Origin: an uncultured virus (IMG/VR IMGVR_UViG_3300028833_000149)
Lineage: Duplodnaviria > Heunggongvirae > Uroviricota > Caudoviricetes
Virus record (IMG/VR): IMGVR_UViG_3300028833_000149
Coordinates: 53,005 to 73,004 of that record
Direction: 5' to 3' (one strand)
DNA: 20,000 nucleotides
Part shown: in pieces, positions 12,929-20,000 of the stretch
Layout: every line of letters begins with the position of its first letter
Numbering within the stretch: the first letter of the stretch is position 1
Notes under the pieces: model-generated
What the model was told of the DNA's origin: nothing
Databases searched by the model: none
Seen by the model: only the letters and a program-made list of their open reading frames with translations
Made by a program: the position numbers and the translations under genes

Positions 12929-13330
12929 TTAGTTAATTTCTTTATTTTTATCTCTTTCGTTTAAAATCCTTTGATTTTTAATAATATCAGCACCGCCCAA
13001 TTCTTTAAACTCTTCCAATTGAGTTAATGTCGCTTCATTATTGGCTTCTAAAATAGATCCACCTTTATCAAGTATATCTGCAAGTTTTTCAGCATCTAAA
13101 TTATTAATAATATCATTAATTTTATCACTTATTGCTTTTATATTAGTTAAATAGAATACTCTAGCATCTTTTACTAAATCCATTAAATTAATTTTAGTAA
13201 TTTTATAAAAATCACTTTGCTTATATTCTTTTTCAAAATCTTTTAATTTTAATAATACATCAAAGAAATTATCAGTTTCTTCAAGTATTTCTTTTAATTT
13301 ATTGTTTAAATATTCATTAGTTAATTCCAT
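12929..13330 (-). CDS. Small helical protein, 133 aa, possible tail assembly chaperone
   Basis: AAAGGA SD precedes ATG at 13330 (MELTNEY), which is preferred over the track start at 13390. TAA stop. It lies immediately before the tape measure gene; function is positional only. Confidence 0.5.
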   Translation of the reverse strand: MELTNEYLNNKLKEILEETDNFFDVLLKLKDFEKEYKQSDFYKITKINLMDLVKDARVFYLTNIKAISDKINDIINNLDAEKLADILDKGGSILEANNEATLTQLEEFKELGGADIIKNQRILNERDKNKEIN

Positions 13331-13349
13331 AATATCATTTTCCTTTCTT

Positions 13350-14069
13350 TTAATCTTCTCAACCAATATAATTTTCGGTTGTATCATCATTTATAACTAA
13401 AAAAGTTAAATCAACTGCGTTAGCATTTGAATTAAAATATAAAGATTTATTTACTTGAACTACCGCTTTATCTATATGTATCCAAGTTTCAGTAGTTTCA
13501 TCATCTTCATTAGAAATAGTAGATATATCTAAAGTTACATAAACATTGTTTCTTTTATCAAGAGAATAAAGATTATTTGTAATAACTTCATATACAACTG
13601 TATAATATGCATCTGCATTATCTACTACAATTTCGTCCTCATCTAATGTTGAATATGCTTTTTCAAGCGTTGGCGCCGCATTTTCATCATCAGCATAGAA
13701 AACATATACTAATTTCTTTTGTTTTCCTAAACCTTTAGTAAGATATAATTTATAATCTTCAGAAGATAAGATTTTTTCCTGGAAAGTTACCGAAAATCCT
13801 TCTTTTTTTAAATAAATTAGATTCAAAATCTTATCTGTGAGTGTTACATTATATATTGAAAAACTATTAATTTTTTCTGTTGCGTATCCAGCATTTCTGT
13901 CTGTTCCAGCCATATCAACACTACGAGAATTAAAATTAATAACACCATTTTCACCATGTATGATAGTATATGGCTCGTGGTCATATGTTATTTTATAATC
14001 TCCAATTGGGTCAGAACTGTATGCACGAATAATACAATCGATTTGATTTCCTATCTTATGTGTTGCCAT
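13350..14069 (-). CDS. Tail-region protein, 239 aa, possibly a divergent second tail-tube-fold protein
   Basis: GAGGTG SD followed by ATG at 14069 (MATHKIG). TGA at 13359 is read through to TAA at 13350-13352 (…YIGWED). The C-terminal beta-strand pattern loosely parallels the tail tube protein. Confidence 0.5.
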
Positions 14070-14097
14070 ACTAACACCTCTTCTTTTCTCTAATAAT

Positions 14098-14126
14098 AGT
14101 ATAGACCACAAAATTGAAAATATCAA
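14098..14126 (-). promoter_or_regulatory. Sigma70/SigA-type promoter, TTGATA-N17-TATACT
   Basis: -35 TTGATA at 14126-14121, a 17-nt spacer and -10 TATACT at 14103-14098. Each hexamer is 5/6 to consensus. It is intergenic, just downstream of a terminator and upstream of an SD. AT-richness raises the chance-match rate. Confidence 0.6.
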
Positions 14127-14142
14127 CTATGGAGATGTGGCA

Positions 14143-14177
14143 AAATAAAAAGACTCACGATTTTCATCGTAAGTCTT
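14143..14177 (-). terminator. Intrinsic terminator after the major tail gene
   Basis: Minus strand reads AAGACTTACGAT-GAAA-ATCGTGAGTCTT then TTTATTTT. This is a 12-bp stem with one G-U pair and a GAAA loop, about 10 nt after the stop. Confidence 0.85.
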
Positions 14178-14187
14178 AAATTAGTTA

Positions 14188-15087
14188 TTAGTCTTTTAGA
14201 CCGTTATCCTCTATAATTTGTGCATTAGTAGCATAATCTAATCTAGGTAAAATAGTATAGAATGTACCAGTTATAACGCCATCTTCGTCTCCTGCTGTTT
14301 CATCATCACCGATAAGAATTTTAACTTCATTTAAGTCACCATTCATATCAAATACAGTAGCATCTCCTTCTGCATCTTGAGTTAATGATAATAATGAGTC
14401 AGATAAGAAGTCATAGAAAATAATATATGCTTGAACTTGCTTACCAGTGTTAGCATCAACAAGGAAAGTATCACCAACAACAGTTTTATGACCTGCAAAA
14501 GTAGTTGTAGCATGTAATGCATCAGTAGCACCTTTAGTTAAAGTAGCATCAGTCGCTAAATCTGTTCTAAAATATTCAACAGTTAAACCTGTTAAAGCTT
14601 CTAGAGCTTCTGCGTTACCTAATGCATTTTGCATTTCAAGACGAGCAGTCTTACCATATTTAACTAATGGAGAAGCGTTTTGTCCACCAGTAATAGTTTT
14701 AGTAGGACCTTCTTGAGTAGCATTTGCAGTCTTTAAGTACTTTAAGTAAGAAATTTCCTTAGTCATTAAATATAATGCAATAATTTCATTAGCTTTTAAA
14801 TCTTCAAAATTAATTTTTGCATTTTCATTTAACTCATAAGTGTAAGATCCTTCAGATTCTTCAGATTCACTTCTAGTAACAAAAGTATTCTTAATATTAT
14901 ATAAAGCTTCTAATTGAGTATTGGTAAAAGTTTTTGTTGCTGTATGATCTTGAAGTTCTTTCATTGTCATACCATCATAAACATCATAAATCTTTGCGTT
15001 CATAACGGTAACAATACCAAAGTTTCTTAAAGCAGAGTTCCAAGCTGCACTACTATTTTTTAAATTACTATAAGAATTTGTAGCCAT
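14188..15087 (-). CDS. Major tail (tube) protein, 299 aa
   Basis: Intact ORF with a GAGGT SD, a TAA-TAA stop and its own terminator. Tube-like motifs include TITGGQNASPLVKYGKTARLEMQNAL and LTQDAEGDATVFDMNG. It lies between the tail completion region and the tape measure. No TGA; the single Trp is TGG. Confidence 0.8.
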   Translation of the reverse strand: MATNSYSNLKNSSAAWNSALRNFGIVTVMNAKIYDVYDGMTMKELQDHTATKTFTNTQLEALYNIKNTFVTRSESEESEGSYTYELNENAKINFEDLKANEIIALYLMTKEISYLKYLKTANATQEGPTKTITGGQNASPLVKYGKTARLEMQNALGNAEALEALTGLTVEYFRTDLATDATLTKGATDALHATTTFAGHKTVVGDTFLVDANTGKQVQAYIIFYDFLSDSLLSLTQDAEGDATVFDMNGDLNEVKILIGDDETAGDEDGVITGTFYTILPRLDYATNAQIIEDNGLKD

Positions 15088-15106
15088 CTTTATACCTCAT
15101 TTTTAA

Positions 15107-15841
15107 TTATTTTATAAAGAAATTGGGTGTTTGTCCCTTTTTCAAATTGCCGGAAGCGTAAGCCATTTTGGTTACGTCATAAGACACTGACTGTGCGGCA
15201 TAGGTATATAATCAGTGAATTTGAGCCATTGTTTGATTAAATAAATAATCAAATGTGAGAGCAGGAATTTGATAAGATATAGTAAGCAAAATTTTTAAAA
15301 TTTGCTCAGTATCTCCACCGTTCTTGTTTTTGATTTTATTGACTTGCTTTTCAAACTCTTTTTGAGCCAGATAGAGTTGTCTAGCAGCCTCATTTTCAAA
15401 AACAGGTGTTTTTTCCTCTTTTTCTCCACAAGATAATTTTAAAATATTTATGATATAATTTCAAATATCTGATGTAATAATAACATCATTTGCAATAAGT
15501 TCTTTTTTCTTAAAATCAAAAAATAAATTATGAATTAATGTACTTAATTGCTCACGTAATAATGATACTATTTTAGTATATTGAGCATACATACCAAATT
15601 CAAAAATTAAATTTTTAATTTCTGTTAAGCTATCTTCTGATTGAAATTGAGTTGGTAATAATTTCTTTCTATACTCATCTCTACAAATTATTGTATAACA
15701 AGTTGCTCATTCTTCATTAGAGAAAAAATTTTTTAAAGATTTTAAATATAAAATAATTACTTGATTACCAATAAAAATTTTTACTTCTTTATTGTCTTTT
15801 ATAAATAAATTTAAAATCGAATAATTACTATTAATTTCCAC
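15107..15841 (-). CDS. Hypothetical morphogenesis protein, 244 aa (MEINSNYS...TPNFFIK); code 4; absent from the ORF track
   Basis: GTG start at 15841 overlaps the upstream TAG (TAGTG), with an AGGGG SD. Three TGA (15707, 15461, 15212). TAA at 15107-15109. It fills a 750-bp apparent gap. Confidence 0.8.
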
Positions 15842-16353
15842 TATAAATCAGCCCCTTTCGAAGGTTGGTCTGAAATTTGGAATTCAATCTTATAACCAAA
15901 TAGATAATTAGAATATGAAATAGCAGTAGAAGAAAGAACTTCAAGTTGTCCTGAGCAACTGAACTTTGTACCATCTATTAAATCAACTATTTCTGATTCT
16001 AATTCCATTAAACGTAAATTATGGTCTTTTAATACTAAATGGTCTAAATCTGAACAAATAAAAATAGAACCAGAAAATAAATTATTATTATCTTTCTTAT
16101 CTAATGTTACATCTGTTGCAACATTAATTACCATAAAAGTATTTCGTCCCATTTCTTTTATTCCTGTTTCACTCAAGGGAGAAATAGAAATATACTTGTT
16201 ATCCATTAATTGTTTGAAAGTAAGCGGAGTAAAATCGATTGATAATGCATCAATCGAATCTACCACTAATAATCTTTGAATAATTTCATTTTGTGAAAAA
16301 AGACGGCTTAACTCTAATGGTAATTTTTTAATGTTCTTAAAATTTTTAACCAT
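15841..16353 (-). CDS. Putative tail completion/terminator protein, 170 aa
   Basis: Intact ORF. ATG at 16353 lies one base after the upstream TAG. Size, position and the RLMELESEIVDLIDG helix followed by beta strands fit tail-completion proteins (inference). Confidence 0.55.
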   Translation of the reverse strand: MVKNFKNIKKLPLELSRLFSQNEIIQRLLVVDSIDALSIDFTPLTFKQLMDNKYISISPLSETGIKEMGRNTFMVINVATDVTLDKKDNNNLFSGSIFICSDLDHLVLKDHNLRLMELESEIVDLIDGTKFSCSGQLEVLSSTAISYSNYLFGYKIEFQISDQPSKGADL

Positions 16354-16354
16354 C

Positions 16355-17185
16355 CTATTCACCGTCCTTTGTATAAGTTATAGTAACTATTGTACCTTGT
16401 TGCTTAACTTCAATTTCAACTATATCAATTCCAAAAGGAATTGAGAATTTAACTAAATTGCTTGTTCTAGAAACAACATTTAATACATTACAAGAAGTTC
16501 TAAAATATCCATTTTCAGTTTCAACTTCATATATCTTATTTGGAATAATTATATAATCTGAATCATCATCATATTGAACTTCTTCCGCTTGCTCTATTAT
16601 AGGCTCTTTGTCTACACGAGTTTCAATAACATCTTTACTCATAGTAGTTGGAGTAACTGAATAATATGTTACGCCTGGATGAGTATAATTATCAAACTCT
16701 TGAATTAATCAAGCTCTATCAGCAATCATTACTTTATCATTGTAATCAAATGGTTTTCCTGCGGTAACTAATAAAGGTTTTGCTAGTGATTTAATAAAAG
16801 ATTTTTCTCTTAAACTTACATCAATATAATCATCTTTCTTAAAATACCATCAAGTACCATCAGCTTCTATATTACATAAAAGGGCATGATATTTTCTAAA
16901 TTTTACATCTTTAATAATAATGATTTCTTCATCAATTAAAAAATGTAAACCTTTAGCGTTCCAACAAGAGCCAATTTGAATTGGTTCGTTGTATGGAGTA
17001 TAAATATATCCCTCATCATTTTCTTGTTTATTATATACATAAGCAAGTTGAGTAACTGTATCGTCTGCATCACTAATCATAGTAATAGATGCATAACCTA
17101 ATGCGACAAAATCCGCATTTACACTCTTTTCCGATTTGTTCATCAACTCATTACGTTGTTTAAATCTCTCAAACGAACTAGCCAT
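16355..17185 (-). CDS. Putative head closure (stopper) protein, 276 aa; code 4
   Basis: AGGTGA SD followed by ATG at 17185. It joins track ORFs 16850..17194 and 16355..16642 through TGA at 16850 and 16709 (DRAWLIQEFDNYTHPGVTYYS) and ends at TAG. Function is positional. Confidence 0.55.
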
Positions 17186-17687
17186 TAATATCACCTACCG
17201 CTGGACGCTTTGATGTATTAACTCTACTATAATGCTCTTCTAACTCTCTTGCATCCGCACGATAAGTGCTATATTGTTTAATCCACTTATCTATTGCATT
17301 AGCTTTTGAGAAAGTTTTTATGTTTGAATCAGTATAAATGTCTTCATAATTATTGGAATTAGACATTAATCTTTCGCACCAATATACTTTCATTCATGCG
17401 ATGATAATCGATACCTCAGCATACTTAACTTCATCTGAGTTGAAATATGCATGAGGTACTCCATCTTGATCATCATCAGTAACTTCTACGGTATTACCGT
17501 TGTCGTCGGTTTTCGCATAATAAGTGGTGTAGTCTAATGAGGTATGAGGAAATTTAAAAGCAGATATGGCACGACATGCTAAATAATAGCATTCTTCATC
17601 TAACATATCTTTTGTAATTACGCCATAATATGAACCTCTTATTGTATCCCTAAAAGCGGGATATAAACAATCATCTCATCTTTGCAT
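17178..17687 (-). CDS. Putative head-tail adaptor/connector, 169 aa; code 4
   Basis: GAGGTG SD followed by ATG CAA AGA TGA (codon 4 is TGA). A second TGA at 17394 directly abuts track ORF 17178..17393 in frame (IIIAWMKVYWCE). It is helical and ends at TAG. Function is positional. Confidence 0.6.
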
Positions 17688-17710
17688 ATATTACACCTCT
17701 TTACTTATTT

Positions 17711-18205
17711 TTATTCTTCGTTCAAAGAGAATGATACTTTTAATGTTTGTTCAAGCATTTGCTTTACACCAACAGTAAGTTTATCAATGTTTGCTTTTGC
17801 TATATCCATAACTTTGTCTTTACCAAAATCTTTTATTGCAGATTCGATTGCTGCTCTGTTACCCTTTTGTAGGCGGGTAAGAATAGTTTCATTTGTTTTT
17901 TCATCTGCGGGTACAAAGTCTAATTCATCTGCGAAATAAAGATTGGCTTCTTTTGCAGCTTGTAACAATTCATTGGTGTCACTAAAAGTGAAATACCCTT
18001 TCTTAAATAATCTATAAACATCGTTATTAGTAAAAACGCCTAATGCTAAACTGATTGGCATAATTATTTCTTTATTTGTATTGCTTGCACCTAACTTAAT
18101 TAATCTTACATTTGAAGGATTATCATAAGGTGATAAATTAAAGATAATTAAATTTGGTGTTGTGTTAATCATTCTAATTGTTTTGTTAAAATTTACTTCG
18201 GACAT
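17711..18205 (-). CDS. Hypothetical protein following the major capsid gene, 164 aa
   Basis: AAAGGGGA SD lies 8 nt before ATG at 18205. The ORF is intact with a TAA stop and no Trp codons. Confidence 0.8.
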   Translation of the reverse strand: MSEVNFNKTIRMINTTPNLIIFNLSPYDNPSNVRLIKLGASNTNKEIIMPISLALGVFTNNDVYRLFKKGYFTFSDTNELLQAAKEANLYFADELDFVPADEKTNETILTRLQKGNRAAIESAIKDFGKDKVMDIAKANIDKLTVGVKQMLEQTLKVSFSLNEE

Positions 18206-18261
18206 ATTCAAAGTCCCCTTTCTGATAATTTTTATTTTTGGATTTTTATTTTAAAATTAAA

Positions 18262-18294
18262 TGAATAATCGGAAGAGTGGGGTTACCACTCTTC
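18262..18294 (-). terminator. Probable intrinsic terminator or mRNA-stabilising hairpin after the major capsid gene
   Basis: Perfect 9-bp stem GAAGAGTGG-TAACC-CCACTCTTC (18294-18272) followed by an imperfect U tract (CGATTATTCATTT), so it is likely leaky. Confidence 0.65.
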
Positions 18295-18308
18295 TTCATT
18301 TATTGCTA

Positions 18309-19406
18309 TTAGTTGTTTTGGATGAATTCAGAATCTTCTAATCCATCAACTGCAGCATCAGATACTTCGATAACTGCATAGTTGTTAGCCATAGCAAGAC
18401 CAACACCTAACATTCTATGAATTTCCCACTTTTCTCCACCAACAGCGTTGTTGTTCTTTTGGATCATAGTGTCGCCCTTGAATGCAACTTTAACTGGTTT
18501 AACGCCTGTAGGTAATAAGAATACCTTGTTAACGTCATAGAACCACTTAGTATTAGAGTTGTCTAGTAAGTAGTTAGGTAATTCAATTACTTGAGCACCC
18601 TTGTAAATAGTTACGTGACCTAAACGTCTAACATCTTCGTTGTCTTCACGAGTTGGATATTGGATTACTACACCACCAGTAGTTGTTGAAGCAACTGGGT
18701 TGTATAATTCAGAAATTGCTTGGTATGAACCAATAATTGTAGGTTGACCATAAGCTTTAACATATGGCATTACTACGTCGATAGCTTGACCTAATGTAGC
18801 CTTAGTAGCAACGATCTTACCACCTTGAGCTTCACCAATTCTAGCATATCCTGCAGCTGGAGTACCAGATGCTAATTCTTCGAAGATTTCCTTATAGATT
18901 TCTTCTTGGAATCCTTCAACGATTGTAGCAAACATTTCAGCTAGACTTACCTTACCAGCAAGTAATTCTTCTAATGAAATGAATACTGCAGCAGTTTCAA
19001 CGAAAGTAGGTAAACTGAATGTAGCAGATGTTAATCTAGCTGCACGGTAGATACCTTCTCTTGAACCTTTGCTAATAACTAATTTAGCACGATTCTTACC
19101 TAACTTGTTAAGTTCGAATACAACTTCTTCATCTCTAGCAAAAGTTTTAACTTCAGCAAATTGACCTAAAACGTCTCTGATTTTTGCAGGAACGATTTCA
19201 TCAACAGCTTCTTCGATTAATGCGAATGCAGCACCTTCTACTGCTCTGATGTCTCTAACAGATGCATTTTCAGGTAAACCTAAAGTTTCGCAAATTGCTT
19301 TAACAGCTGCTTCATTTACATCTAAAGCTGAGAAAGTTGTGTCGCCAAATGCTACAGGTTGGTTTTGGCAAGCGCCTTTAATTAATGTTAATAATTCTTT
19401 TTCCAT
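18309..19406 (-). CDS. Major capsid protein, 365 aa (presumed HK97 fold)
   Basis: Size and position fit. GAGGTG SD, TAA-TAG double stop and a downstream hairpin. Codon use is biased to TTC/AAC/GGT/GCT, as expected for high expression. Capsid-like motifs include FALIEEAVDEIVP, FAEVKTF and GHVTIYKGAQVIELPN. Both Trp are TGG. Confidence 0.85.
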   Translation of the reverse strand: MEKELLTLIKGACQNQPVAFGDTTFSALDVNEAAVKAICETLGLPENASVRDIRAVEGAAFALIEEAVDEIVPAKIRDVLGQFAEVKTFARDEEVVFELNKLGKNRAKLVISKGSREGIYRAARLTSATFSLPTFVETAAVFISLEELLAGKVSLAEMFATIVEGFQEEIYKEIFEELASGTPAAGYARIGEAQGGKIVATKATLGQAIDVVMPYVKAYGQPTIIGSYQAISELYNPVASTTTGGVVIQYPTREDNEDVRRLGHVTIYKGAQVIELPNYLLDNSNTKWFYDVNKVFLLPTGVKPVKVAFKGDTMIQKNNNAVGGEKWEIHRMLGVGLAMANNYAVIEVSDAAVDGLEDSEFIQNN

Positions 19407-19421
19407 TCTTTCTCACCTCTA

Positions 19422-20000
19422 TTACTTTAAGAATACATAAGTATATGATGGTTGACCATCAGCAAACTTATTGCAATCTAAGAAATCATCTAAACAATAT
19501 TGAGCATGATCAGTCTTTGTAGAGTCACCATCAATATAGTTTCTAGTAATGCATGCGATACGACCATCAGCAATAGCATCTGCCATTTGATCGCTATCTG
19601 GAGCATAAGTAGTAGTGAATTCATCACCAGGAATTAATTGTACTAAACGAGCAGGATCTTCAGTGATTTCTGCAGCATAGTAGCTATATCCACCAAATGG
19701 TAATAATTCTTCAGTATAAGTTACAAATAATGGAGCTGTTTCATCAGCATTAGTTGCATAATCAATATAACCATCAGCAGTTAATTGAGCTAATTGACCA
19801 TTTTCAACAAATAATTTACCAGGTACTTTTGTAGTGTTGATTAACTTATTAGCTGCAGCGATTGCTGTTGCATCCTTTAATGTACCATCAGCGTTATAAA
19901 CACCTTTTGGTTCAACTTGTGCTACAACGAAGCCAGGTTGTAAACCTTTTAAGTTATTAGGTTCAATAATGTTGAATTTTGGTAAAAAATCAAAAATATT
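19422..20000 (-). CDS. Capsid decoration/minor head-like protein, >=192 aa, start just outside the window; absent from the ORF track
   Basis: The frame is open from base 20000 (NIFDFLPKFNIIEPNNL…VENGQL…LIPGDEFTTT…YTYVFLK) to TAA at 19422-19424, followed by TAG. It has high-expression codon bias and lies directly upstream of the capsid gene. Confidence 0.7.
   Translation of the reverse strand, partial: NIFDFLPKFNIIEPNNLKGLQPGFVVAQVEPKGVYNADGTLKDATAIAAANKLINTTKVPGKLFVENGQLAQLTADGYIDYATNADETAPLFVTYTEELLPFGGYSYYAAEITEDPARLVQLIPGDEFTTTYAPDSDQMADAIADGRIACITRNYIDGDSTKTDHAQYCLDDFLDCNKFADGQPSYTYVFLK

Noticed and set aside
12959..12965. Slippery heptamer T TTA AAC, correctly phased near the end of the chaperone-like gene (G/GT-type -1 frameshift)
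   Set aside because: The -1 frame reads CGA AAG AGA TAA and stops after three codons, and only 27 nt separate this gene from the tape measure, so no extended product is possible.
13331..14126. Upstream starts given by the track (13390 and 14126)
   Set aside because: The downstream ATGs at 13330 and 14069 have SD sequences. The longer versions overlap the previous gene or the putative promoter.
1..17687. Decayed prophage with many nonsense-mutated pseudogenes
   Set aside because: All interruptions are TGA, with no internal TAA/TAG and no frameshifts. They fall at Trp-like positions, and SD sites and gene packing are intact.
4..19440. Plus-strand track ORFs (4..198, 3308..3496, 12705..12926, 17682..17939, 19249..19440) and alternate-frame ORF 4703..4891
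   Set aside because: They are short shadows lying within or across well-supported minus-strand genes, with no convincing SD or protein-like composition.

Overview
The whole window is one minus-strand virion morphogenesis region of a very AT-rich tailed phage, siphovirus-like (tape measure present, no sheath gene seen). The supplied standard-code ORF track is misleading. Its fragments end at TGA and the same frame continues, so the DNA is read with TGA=Trp (genetic code 4). With that code, 15 tightly packed genes tile the window, most with clear Shine-Dalgarno sites, and every gene end seen is TAA or TAG. In transcription order they are: capsid decoration-like protein, major capsid, unknown, head-tail adaptor, head closure, tail completion, a conserved unknown, tail tube, a possible second tube-like protein, a chaperone-like protein, a 1579-aa tape measure, a Dit-like protein, an unknown, a 564-aa Trp-repeat (propeller-like) protein and a >1523-aa tail-tip protein. 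I count about 50 in-frame TGA codons by hand. Internal protein repeats place TGA and TGG at the same position, which identifies the amino acid as Trp. Product names rest on gene order and remembered motifs, not database searches.
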